From Acidimicrobiales bacterium (GTDB taxonomy: Bacteria > Actinomycetota > Acidimicrobiia > Acidimicrobiales > VFJN01): a stretch of DNA of 36,744 nucleotides. Numbering within the stretch: position 1 is the stretch's first letter; the number at the start of each line of letters is the position of its first letter. Made by a program: the position numbers and the translations under genes. Under the pieces are notes generated by a model. It searched no databases. It was not told the origin of the DNA and saw nothing but the letters and a program-made list of their open reading frames with translations. The stretch spans positions 1-36,744 of the forward strand of contig DATBGF010000393.1 in NCBI GenBank assembly GCA_036558145.1, written 5' to 3'. This document shows positions 7,894 to 15,442 of this stretch, in pieces.

Positions 7894-8636
7894 AGGTCCT
7901 CGCCACCTACAACATCAAGGGGGGCGTGGGGAAGACATCGGCGGCGGTGAACCTGGCGGCGCTGGCGGCCCAGGACGGGCTGCGCACGCTGCTGTGGGAC
8001 CTGGACCCGCAGGGCGCGGCGTCGTTCCTGTTCCGGGTGCGGCCCAAGGTGCGCGGCGGCGGGCGCAAGCTGGTGCGGGGGCGCAGCGACGTGGCCGACG
8101 TGCTGCGGGGCACCGACGTCGAGGGCCTCGACCTGCTGCCGGCCGACTTCTCGTACCGCCACATGGACCTGGTGCTGGACGAGTCCGGCAAGCCGGAGCG
8201 GCGGCTGCGCAAGGTCCTGGTCCCGCTGGAGGACCACTACGACCTGGCGGTCCTGGACTGCCCGCCGTCGATCTCGCTCGTGTCCGAGAGCGTGTTCGAC
8301 GCGGCCGACGCCCTGCTCGTGCCGCTGATCCCGTCCACGCTCACGCTGCGGACGTTCCAGCAGCTCGGCGACTTCGTGGCCACCGAGGTCGACCACCGGC
8401 CCGAGATCGTGGCGTTCTTCTCCATGGTGGACCGGCGCAAGCGCCTCCACCGCGAGGTGGTCGAGACCCTGCCCGACGGCCGCACCGACATCGCCTTGAG
8501 CGCCATCCCCGCCGCCACCGAAGTGGAGCTGATGGGCGTGTCCCGGGCCCCGGTGGTCGTGGACAAGCCCCGAAGCCGGGGCGCCCGGGCCTACGCCGCG
8601 CTGTGGGCCGAGGTGCGCGAGCGCCTGGGGATCTAG
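7890..8636 (+). CDS. Orphan ParA/MinD-family P-loop ATPase
   Basis: Track ORF of 248 aa with the deviant Walker [17 protein letters not shown], Walker A' (LLWDLDPQG) and Walker B (LAVLDCPPS). Its ATG overlaps the CHAD gene stop (ATGA at 7890-7893). No parB-like gene lies nearby. Confidence 0.85.
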   Translation: MKVLATYNIKGGVGKTSAAVNLAALAAQDGLRTLLWDLDPQGAASFLFRVRPKVRGGGRKLVRGRSDVADVLRGTDVEGLDLLPADFSYRHMDLVLDESGKPERRLRKVLVPLEDHYDLAVLDCPPSISLVSESVFDAADALLVPLIPSTLTLRTFQQLGDFVATEVDHRPEIVAFFSMVDRRKRLHREVVETLPDGRTDIALSAIPAATEVELMGVSRAPVVVDKPRSRGARAYAALWAEVRERLGI

Positions 8637-9082
8637 GCGTCCGCCCCCTCGTCCTCGCTGTCCGTGTCGTCGCGATCGAGGTCGAGGCTGGCCGAGTTCA
8701 TGCAGTAGCGCAGCCCGGTGGGGTTGGGGCCGTCCTCGAACACGTGGCCCAGGTGGGAGTCGCAGCGGGCGCAGCGCACCTCGATGCGGCGCATGCCGTG
8801 GCTGCGGTCCTCGATGAGCTTGACGCGGTCGTCCGCGAGCGGCTCCCAGAAGCTGGGCCAGCCGGTCCCGGAGTCGAACTTGGTGTCCGAGGAGAACAGC
8901 GGCGCCTTGCAGGCGATGCAGCGGTAGGTGCCGGCGTCCTTGGTGTCCCAGTAGACGCCGGTGAACGCCCGCTCGGTGCCGCCCTTGCGGGCGACCTCGA
9001 ACTGCAGGGGATCGAGCCGCTCGCGCCAGCCCTCCTCGGTGGTGGGCAGGTCGGCCTCGGGGACTTCCTTGGCGTCGGTCAT
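8633..9082 (-). CDS. msrB: Peptide-methionine (R)-S-oxide reductase MsrB
   Basis: Track ORF of 149 aa. It has the zinc CxxC pairs ([23 protein letters not shown]), GWPSF, and the catalytic RYCMNS. Confidence 0.95.
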   Translation of the reverse strand: MTDAKEVPEADLPTTEEGWRERLDPLQFEVARKGGTERAFTGVYWDTKDAGTYRCIACKAPLFSSDTKFDSGTGWPSFWEPLADDRVKLIEDRSHGMRRIEVRCARCDSHLGHVFEDGPNPTGLRYCMNSASLDLDRDDTDSEDEGADA

Positions 9083-9654
9083 GGCTCCAGCATGCCGCCG
9101 AGAGCACGCAACATGCGCCGGACGACCCGGGACGGGTCGAGGCTGGCCGGCCGCTCCATGGCCTCGAGGGTCAGGAAGGCCTCGGTCCCGTGGGCCCGGC
9201 CCTGGAGCGTGACCAGCAGCGAGCAGGTCTCGCCGTCCTGGCGGACCACGACCTCGAAGATGGCGCAGCTCCGGTCCACGTAGCTGACCTCGCCCACCCG
9301 GTGCCCGGCCTCCAGCAGGAGCGCGAACGCCTCGTCCGGCGGCGCGGCCAGCAGGAGCGTGTCGTTCTCGACCATCTCGACCCCCACGGCGGGCGGCGGG
9401 GGAGGCGGGGGAGGTGGTGGCGGCGCGCTCGGGCCCGGCGCGCTCGGGGCCGGCGCGTGCAGGTGCCCGGCCCGCTTGGCCCGGCTGAGCACGGCGTAGG
9501 CCTCGTTCAACCGGGCTGCGGCCGCCGTGGTGGCCCCGACCGCCTGCGTGTCAGGGTGCGCGGCCCGGATGCGGCGACGGTACGACGTGCGCACGGTGTC
9601 CCATCCGTCGGCCTCGCCCACGCCGAGCACCGACCGGGCCTCGCGCACGTCCAT
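9079..9654 (-). CDS. J-domain (DnaJ-like) protein with a polyproline linker and an uncharacterised C-terminal domain
   Basis: Track ORF of 191 aa. The N-terminal J-domain has the HPD loop ([12 protein letters not shown]). An 11-residue Pro run follows, then a ~100-aa alpha/beta domain. Its stop overlaps the msrB ATG (ATGA at 9079-9082). Confidence 0.75.
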   Translation of the reverse strand: MDVREARSVLGVGEADGWDTVRTSYRRRIRAAHPDTQAVGATTAAAARLNEAYAVLSRAKRAGHLHAPAPSAPGPSAPPPPPPPPPPPAVGVEMVENDTLLLAAPPDEAFALLLEAGHRVGEVSYVDRSCAIFEVVVRQDGETCSLLVTLQGRAHGTEAFLTLEAMERPASLDPSRVVRRMLRALGGMLEP

Positions 9655-9666
9655 GCGCCGATCCTG

Positions 9667-10320
9667 TCACGTCCGGGATCCGGCGGCGGCGTCCAGGCGG
9701 GCTGCGAGGTCGGGATGGCCGTCGCTGCGGGCCACGTCGGCGGGGGTGCGCGCGTCGTCCGTCCGGCGGGCGGGGTCGGCACCGGCCGCGAGCAGGAGCT
9801 CGGCCATGGCGGCGTCGCCCCGGTGGGCGGCCTCGTGGAGGGCGGTGAACCCGCCCGACTGGGTGGCGTCGAGGTCGGCGCCGGCCGCCACCGCCAGCGC
9901 CACCCCGGCTCCGGTGGGGCTGGCCGCGGCGGCATGGACCGCGGCGATCCCCATGGGGTGCGTGGCGTGGGCGTCGACGTCGGCCCCGGCCCGCAGGAGG
10001 ACCGCGGCCGCGCCCGGGTGGTCGAAGAACAGGGCCAGCTGGACCGGCGAGAACCCGTCGGGCGAGCGCCCGTCCACGGCGGTCCCGGCCGCCAGCAGCT
10101 CGCCCACCCGGCGGAGGTCACCGACGGCCGCTGCTTCCGGCAGGTCGAGCGGCCGCAGCTCCCGGATGGCCTCGACGACGTCGCCCAGGCCCCGGTAGCA
10201 GGCGAGCGCCAGCGCGCTGACCCCGGCGGTGTCGACGGCTCCGGCCTGGTCCGGATGGTCCCGCAGCACGGCCAGCGCCCCGGCCCCGTCGCCCGCGGTG
10301 ATGGACTCCACGATACTCAT
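9667..10320 (-). CDS. Ankyrin-repeat protein
   Basis: Track ORF of 217 aa with repeated ..G.(S/T)ALH.AA..G......LL.AGAD.. units (for example GGFTALHEAAHRGDAAMAELLLAAGADP). It has no signal peptide and sits 12 nt upstream of the J-domain gene. Confidence 0.75.
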   Translation of the reverse strand: MSIVESITAGDGAGALAVLRDHPDQAGAVDTAGVSALALACYRGLGDVVEAIRELRPLDLPEAAAVGDLRRVGELLAAGTAVDGRSPDGFSPVQLALFFDHPGAAAVLLRAGADVDAHATHPMGIAAVHAAAASPTGAGVALAVAAGADLDATQSGGFTALHEAAHRGDAAMAELLLAAGADPARRTDDARTPADVARSDGHPDLAARLDAAAGSRT

Positions 10321-10321
10321 G

Positions 10322-10336
10322 TAGGTAGGCTACCTA
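10322..10336. promoter_or_regulatory. Perfect 7-1-7 palindrome TAGGTAG-G-CTACCTA filling the 17-bp MarR/ankyrin divergent spacer. Candidate MarR operator with two embedded TANNNT -10 boxes.
   Basis: Read directly from the sequence. Each arm contains a TANNNT hexamer: TAGGCT at 10326-10331 on plus, and TAGCCT on minus. Each hexamer lies exactly 6 nt before the respective ATG (10338 on plus, 10320 on minus). This is the only AT-rich patch in the neighbourhood. Confidence 0.5.
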
Positions 10337-10337
10337 T

Positions 10338-10787
10338 ATGAATGAGGCACGTCGAGAGGGTCCTCGGGATGTCGCCGGCCGGCTGCACTCGACCGCCATC
10401 CACCTGTTGCGGGTGGCACGGACCGTTGACGCCGAGTCGGGGCTGTCGCCGGCGCGGCTCTCGGCCATGTCGGTCCTGGTGTTCGGCGGGCCCCGGACCG
10501 TGGGCGGGCTGGCCGAGGCCGAAGGCGTGCGGTCGCCCACCATGACGCAGATGGTCAACGGGCTGGAGGCCGGCGGGCTGGTCCGGCGCCGGGCCATGCG
10601 GGAGGACGGGCGGAGGGTCGTCGTCGAGGCCACACCGGCGGGCAGGCGGATCCTGCGCAAGGCGCAGGATCGGCGGCTCGACGTGCTGGTCGAGCTGCTC
10701 GCGGCCGTCGACGACGACGAGCTGGAGCTGCTCGACCGGGCCGCCGCTGTGCTCGACCGGCTGACCGGCGAGCGGGTGCGGGCCTAG
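10338..10787 (+). CDS. MarR-family transcriptional regulator
   Basis: Track ORF of 149 aa with a winged-HTH core (LSPARLSAMSVLVFGGPRTVGGLAEAEGVRSPTMTQMVNGLEAGGLVRR..DGR). It contains no cysteine. Confidence 0.85.
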   Translation: MNEARREGPRDVAGRLHSTAIHLLRVARTVDAESGLSPARLSAMSVLVFGGPRTVGGLAEAEGVRSPTMTQMVNGLEAGGLVRRRAMREDGRRVVVEATPAGRRILRKAQDRRLDVLVELLAAVDDDELELLDRAAAVLDRLTGERVRA

Positions 10788-10796
10788 CCTGGCGGG

Positions 10797-12242
10797 GTGG
10801 CCGAGCCGCGCGATCCCGGGCTGCCGCTGAAGCTGGGGCCCTGCTGCAACGGCGAGTACCCGCCGCGCCCGGCCGCGCCGGTCGTCCGGGAGGCGGCGCG
10901 GCGGGCCCGGCGGATGAGCGACGAGCGGGCCCGGCGGCTGGGGATGAGCCGGCGGGAGTTCCTGCTGTCCACCATGGGGGCGGCCACCGGGCTGCTGGCG
11001 CTGGCGGCCTGCTCGCACGAGGAGTCCGGCGGGCGCAGCGGGGGCACGCTCGACGTCCCCGAGGACGCCACCACCGATCCCGACGTCGCCACCTCCGTCC
11101 TCGGCAGCGGCGAGCCCGTCGTCGACGTGCAGACCCACTTCCTGGAGTACCCCGACGGGGCCGAGGCCAGCTTCGGGCTCGGCTTCCCCCAGGCCAACTG
11201 CGGCGAGGAGAACCCGGCCGACTGCTTCGGCATCGACCGCTGGATGCAGGAGATCTTCGGCCGCAGCGACACCACCGTGGCGGTCCTGTCCGCCATCCCG
11301 GTCGTGGCCCAGGCCGACCCGCTGTCGGCCGCGCTCATGGACCAGGCCCGCGACCAGCTGACCCGGGCGTGCGGGGACGGCCGGGTGCTGGTGCAGGGCC
11401 ACGGCGTGCCCAACGTCGGCGACCTGGGCGCGGCGCTGGCGGCCATGGAGGACGAGGCGGCGCGCTACCCGCTGGTCGCGTGGAAGGCGTACACCCACGC
11501 GGGGCCGCCCTGGCGGCTGGACGACGCCGACCCGGCCGGGGCCCAGGTGGGCGAGGCCTTCCTGTCCAAGGTGGACGAGCTCGGCGTGGACATCGTGTGC
11601 GTGCACAAGGGGCTGTCCGGCGGCCATCCCTTCGCCTCGCCCGCCGACGTCGGCCCGGCGGCCGCGGCCCGGCCGGACCTGCGGTTCTGCGTCTACCACT
11701 CGGGCTTCGAGTCCGGCGTCACCGAGGGGCCCTACGACCCGGCGGCGCCCAACGGCGGCGCCGACCGGCTGGTGGCCAGCCTGGCGTCGGCGGGCATCGG
11801 ACCGGGCGGCAACGTGTACGCCGAGCTGGGGTCGACCTGGCGCAGCGTGATGGGATCGACCGACGAGGCGGCCCACCTGCTGGGCAAGCTGCTGCTGGCG
11901 GTGGGTGAGGACAACGTGCTGTGGGGCACCGACTCCATCTGGTACGGCTCGCCCCAGGACCAGATCCAGGCGTTCCGGGCCTTCGCCATCAGCCCCGAGC
12001 TCCAGGAGACCCACGGCTACCCCGAGCTGACCGACGCGGTGAAGTCCAAGATCCTGTGGCGCAACGCAGCCGCCCTCTACCGCATCGACCCGGCCACCAT
12101 GCCGTGCCAGATGGATCCGGCCGAGGCCGACGCGGCGCGACGCGCCAGCCCGCTGGCGCACCGCACCTACGGCCCGCGGACCGCGGCGGGGGCGCGCCGG
12201 CTGTTCCTGGCCGAGCACCCCTGGGCGGCCTGGCGGGCCTAG
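10797..12242 (+). CDS. Amidohydrolase-family (TIM-barrel metal hydrolase) Tat-exported lipoprotein
   Basis: Track ORF of 481 aa. It has a twin-arginine motif and lipobox (MSRREFLLSTMGAATGLLALAAC) and metal-ligand-type blocks (VVDVQTHF, CVHKG, VLWGTDS). A 39-49-aa coding-looking extension precedes the signal, so alternative starts are ATG 10914 and ATG 10944. Confidence 0.7.
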   Translation: MAEPRDPGLPLKLGPCCNGEYPPRPAAPVVREAARRARRMSDERARRLGMSRREFLLSTMGAATGLLALAACSHEESGGRSGGTLDVPEDATTDPDVATSVLGSGEPVVDVQTHFLEYPDGAEASFGLGFPQANCGEENPADCFGIDRWMQEIFGRSDTTVAVLSAIPVVAQADPLSAALMDQARDQLTRACGDGRVLVQGHGVPNVGDLGAALAAMEDEAARYPLVAWKAYTHAGPPWRLDDADPAGAQVGEAFLSKVDELGVDIVCVHKGLSGGHPFASPADVGPAAAARPDLRFCVYHSGFESGVTEGPYDPAAPNGGADRLVASLASAGIGPGGNVYAELGSTWRSVMGSTDEAAHLLGKLLLAVGEDNVLWGTDSIWYGSPQDQIQAFRAFAISPELQETHGYPELTDAVKSKILWRNAAALYRIDPATMPCQMDPAEADAARRASPLAHRTYGPRTAAGARRLFLAEHPWAAWRA

Positions 12243-13561
12243 GCCGGGGCCAGGAACGCGGCCATCAGCGCCCGGTAGGGACCGGGGTCGTGGCTGCCCG
12301 CGTGCTCGCGCGCCGAGTGCATGGCCAGCTGCGGCATGCCCACGTCCACGGTGGTGATGCCGAGCCGGGCCGCGGTGAGCGGGCCGATCGTCGACCCGCA
12401 CGGCAGGTCGCTGCGCATGGCGAAGCGCTGGAGCGGCACGCCGGCCTGCTCGGCGGCCAGCGCCACCAGGGCGGCGCCGGGGGCGTCGGTGGCGTAGCGG
12501 ACGTTGGCGTTGACCTTCAGCACCGGCCCGCCGTTGAGCGCGACCTGGTGCTCGGGATCGTGGCGGTCGGCGTAGTTGGGGTGGGTGGCGTGCGCCATGT
12601 CGGCCGACAGGCAGGCCGAGCGGGCCAGGGCCCGGTGGTACGCCTCGGTGGTGCCGCCCCGGGCCAGCACGGAGCGCTCCAGCACCGTGGCCAGCAGCGA
12701 CGAGGCGGCGCCCCGGTCCGACGTCGAGCCGACCTCCTCGTGGTCGAACAGGCACACCACGGGGATGGGCGCGCCGCCCTTGGGCGCGGCCCCGGCCAGC
12801 GCCTCGACCGCGGCCCAGCACGAGGCCAGGTTGTCGAGCCGGGCCGATCCGAGCAGCTCGTCGTCCCGGCCCACCAGGGCCCCGGGGGCCAGGTCGTGGA
12901 GCATGAGGTCCCAGCCCAGGAGGTCGTCGGGGCCGACCCCGAGCTCCTTGGCCACGAACCCGCCGAAGCTGCCCTCGGACAGGGCCCACAGCGGGGTGAG
13001 GTGGTGCTGGGCGTCGACCAGGAGGCCCTGGGTGTTGATCTCGCGGTCGAGGTGGATGGCCAGCTGGGGGATGGCGCACACCGGGCGGTCGATCCGCAGC
13101 AGGCGGACCAGCGCGCCGGTGCCGTTGCGCCGGACCGCCACCCGGCCGGACAGGCCCAGGTCACGGCCCAGCCAGCTGTTGAGCAGGACCCCGCCGTAGG
13201 CCTCGACCCCGATCTGGTGGACGCCGGCCCGCACCACGTCGGGCTGGGGCTTGACCCGCAGGTTGGGGCTGTCGGTGTGGGCGCCCACGATGCGGAACCC
13301 GTCGTGGGGCTGGTGCCCCGAGCCGGTGGCCCAGGCGATCAGGCTGCCGCCGCGCACCACGTACCAGCTGCCGGCCCCGCTCGGCCAGGCGGCGTCCTCG
13401 GCCAGCCGGGTGAAGCCGATGTCGCCCAGGGTGGCCGCCGCCGTGGCGCACGCGTGGTACGGCGACGGCGAGGCGTCGCAGAACGCCAGCAGCCTGCGGG
13501 CGGCGTCGAGATCGGGCACCGAGCTGGGGACCAGGTCGGGGAGCGGCTGAGGGACGGTCAC
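12239..13561 (-). CDS. M18-family aspartyl aminopeptidase
   Basis: Track ORF of 440 aa with a GTG start. Motifs: SPSPYH, GAHTDSPNL, LFDHEEVGS, ADMAHA.HPNY, and a C-terminal MHS.RE. Confidence 0.85.
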   Translation of the reverse strand: MTVPQPLPDLVPSSVPDLDAARRLLAFCDASPSPYHACATAAATLGDIGFTRLAEDAAWPSGAGSWYVVRGGSLIAWATGSGHQPHDGFRIVGAHTDSPNLRVKPQPDVVRAGVHQIGVEAYGGVLLNSWLGRDLGLSGRVAVRRNGTGALVRLLRIDRPVCAIPQLAIHLDREINTQGLLVDAQHHLTPLWALSEGSFGGFVAKELGVGPDDLLGWDLMLHDLAPGALVGRDDELLGSARLDNLASCWAAVEALAGAAPKGGAPIPVVCLFDHEEVGSTSDRGAASSLLATVLERSVLARGGTTEAYHRALARSACLSADMAHATHPNYADRHDPEHQVALNGGPVLKVNANVRYATDAPGAALVALAAEQAGVPLQRFAMRSDLPCGSTIGPLTAARLGITTVDVGMPQLAMHSAREHAGSHDPGPYRALMAAFLAPA

Positions 13562-13617
13562 GATCCACCGATCCTAGTGAGAATGCTTTTGGCGCCCGGC
13601 GGCCGCCAGCCACCATC

Positions 13618-14571
13618 ATGCAACGCGTGGCCGCCAGCGCCGTCGACCTCGTGATCGTGCACCGCGACCAGGGCAGCGCCCTGCGCGACACCGTCGACCG
13701 CTTCCTCGCGCAGGAGCCCGCTCCCCGCATCGTGGTGGTGGACAACGGCTCCGGGCCCGACGGGCTGGCCGCCCTGGCGGGCCTGCCCGCCGAGGTCGAG
13801 GTCCTGGAGCTGGGGTCGAACACGGGCTTCGGTCCCGGGGCCAACGCCGGGTTCCGCTGGTTCCTGGCCCACGACCCGGCGGACTGGCTGGCCGTGTGCC
13901 CCCACGACGCCCGCCCGCTGCCGGGCTGCCTGGCCCGCCTGGTGGCCGAGGCCGAGGCGCAGCCCCGGGCCGGGCTGGCGTCGGCCGACGTGGGCGACAG
14001 CCTGACCCCGGTGGTGGACCGCTACTTCGGCGCCATCCCCGCGCCGGCCACCGTGGCCCAGGGCTGGGAGGCGGCCGGCTACCCCCACGGCACGCTCATG
14101 CTGGCCGCCCGCCGCTGCCTGGAGGACGTCGGCCTGTTCGACGAGCGCTACTTCGCGTACTGCGAGGAGGCCGAGCTGGCCATCCGGGCCAAGGCCGCGG
14201 GCTGGCAGGTCGGGGTCGTGCGCGGCGCCGAGGTGCGCAACATGCACGTCGGGTCGCGGGCCGCGGTCGTCGACTACCTGCAACTGCGCAACACCCTGCT
14301 GATGGTGCGCGAGCACTCGGGCCGCTACCACGCGACGATCCGGCTCCTGATCGCCCTGTGGCACCTGGCCAGCGGGGCGGTGGTGCCGAGCCGGCGGGGG
14401 CCGTACTGGGCGCCCCGGGCCCGGGTGCTGGCCATCGCCCACCACATGGTCGGCCGCTACGGCCCGCCGCCCGCGTCGCTGTTCGGCCCCGAGCCGTCCG
14501 CCGGGTCGGAGACGTCCCAGAGCCGGCCGGTCTCGGCGTCGGCCAGCTCGGGCCGGACCCGCACCAGGTAG
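13618..14571 (+). CDS. GT2-family glycosyltransferase (rhamnosyltransferase/WbbL-like GT-A)
   Basis: Track ORF of 317 aa. Motifs: VVVDNGSGPDG, NTGFGPGAN, and the acceptor-side block YFAYCEEAELAIR. The last ~38 aa are low-complexity and overlap the convergent small ORF. Confidence 0.8.
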   Translation: MQRVAASAVDLVIVHRDQGSALRDTVDRFLAQEPAPRIVVVDNGSGPDGLAALAGLPAEVEVLELGSNTGFGPGANAGFRWFLAHDPADWLAVCPHDARPLPGCLARLVAEAEAQPRAGLASADVGDSLTPVVDRYFGAIPAPATVAQGWEAAGYPHGTLMLAARRCLEDVGLFDERYFAYCEEAELAIRAKAAGWQVGVVRGAEVRNMHVGSRAAVVDYLQLRNTLLMVREHSGRYHATIRLLIALWHLASGAVVPSRRGPYWAPRARVLAIAHHMVGRYGPPPASLFGPEPSAGSETSQSRPVSASASSGRTRTR

Positions 14572-14723
14572 ACCGCCGACACCACCAGCCCCACCGGCAC
14601 CACCATCGCCCCGAACAGGATGGCGGCCAGCCACGCCACCCGCCGCCGCCCGACCAGCGCCCACACCCACTCGGGCCGGTGGGCGGTGTCGAGCAGCGCC
14701 CACGCGGTGAGCGCCAGCGGCAC
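14457..14723 (-). CDS. Small two-TM membrane protein, PLD-nuclease N-terminal (PLDc_N)-like
   Basis: Track ORF of 88 aa. The pattern ..TAWALLDTAHRPEW.......VAWLAAILF....PVGLVVSAVYLV resembles PLDc_N. The first TM helix appears to begin upstream of the only canonical start, so the start is uncertain. Confidence 0.5.
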   Translation of the reverse strand: MPLALTAWALLDTAHRPEWVWALVGRRRVAWLAAILFGAMVVPVGLVVSAVYLVRVRPELADAETGRLWDVSDPADGSGPNSDAGGGP

Positions 14724-14785
14724 GGAGAAGATCAGGACGGCCAGGATGGTCCCGGCCTCGGACGAGACGATCGCGGGACCCTACG

Positions 14786-15442
14786 TCAGGACTCGGGGCG
14801 GGGCACCCGGCGGAGGCGGGTGCCGACGTCCTCGAAGCCGGGCAGGGGAGCCTGGAGGGCCAGGCCCAGCTCGGTGACCCGGGCGCCCACCAGGTTCTCG
14901 ACCTCGCCCCAGTCGGCCGCCCGGGGGCCGGGGACGTCGCGGTTGTAGGGCTGCTCGAACACGATCACATGCGCGCCGCTCTCCCGCAGGGCGACCACGT
15001 TGTGGGGCGCGTCCTCCACGTAGCAGTCCGCCTCCACCTGGGGCTTGGCCCCCAGGAAGCAGAGGTCCCGGTAGGGGATGCCGTTGGCGTCGAGCCACTC
15101 GACCGTGTCGGCCACCGCGGTGGCGTGGCCCCAGTTGACGTAGAGCCGGTGGGTGATGATGCGGATCCACACCCCGGCGTCCGACAGGCGCCACAGCGTC
15201 TCCGCCGCCCCCGGCATCATGGGCATGGTGCGGAAGATGCGGTGCTCCATGACCGCCGCCTGGTGCATCTCGTCGAACTGGGCGCCCGACAGGCCCCACT
15301 CCTTGAAGTCCCAGCCGGCGTCGAGGGGCAGCGACTCGGGCGAGGCCCCGGTCCGCTCGATCACGACCTGGCGCAGCGCGGCGGTGTAGTCGCCGCAGAC
15401 ACCGTCGAGGTCGACGCCGAGGATGAACCCCGAGCGACTCAC
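14786..15442 (-). CDS. HAD-superfamily phosphatase, 5'(3')-deoxyribonucleotidase (NT5C)-like
   Basis: C-terminal 218 aa of track ORF 14786..15886 (VSRSGFILGVDLDGVCGDY...), with the DxDGV nucleophile motif and a later VEDAP block. GTG 15442-15440 overlaps the stop of the upstream AftD-like gene (GTGA). An alternative GTG lies at 15472. Confidence 0.7.
   Translation of the reverse strand: MSRSGFILGVDLDGVCGDYTAALRQVVIERTGASPESLPLDAGWDFKEWGLSGAQFDEMHQAAVMEHRIFRTMPMMPGAAETLWRLSDAGVWIRIITHRLYVNWGHATAVADTVEWLDANGIPYRDLCFLGAKPQVEADCYVEDAPHNVVALRESGAHVIVFEQPYNRDVPGPRAADWGEVENLVGARVTELGLALQAPLPGFEDVGTRLRRVPRPES

Noticed and set aside
9424-9453. Near-perfect 15-nt tandem duplication (CGCGCTCGGGCCCGG / CGCGCTCGGGGCCGG)
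   Set aside because: It lies inside the J-protein linker and encodes [10 protein letters not shown]. There are only two copies and no spacer architecture, so it is not a CRISPR array or a regulatory repeat.
10317-13079. 920-aa minus-strand ORF spanning the MarR, amidohydrolase and aminopeptidase regions
   Set aside because: It crosses three well-supported genes on both strands, and its translation is Arg/Gly/Pro-rich. It is a shadow ORF.
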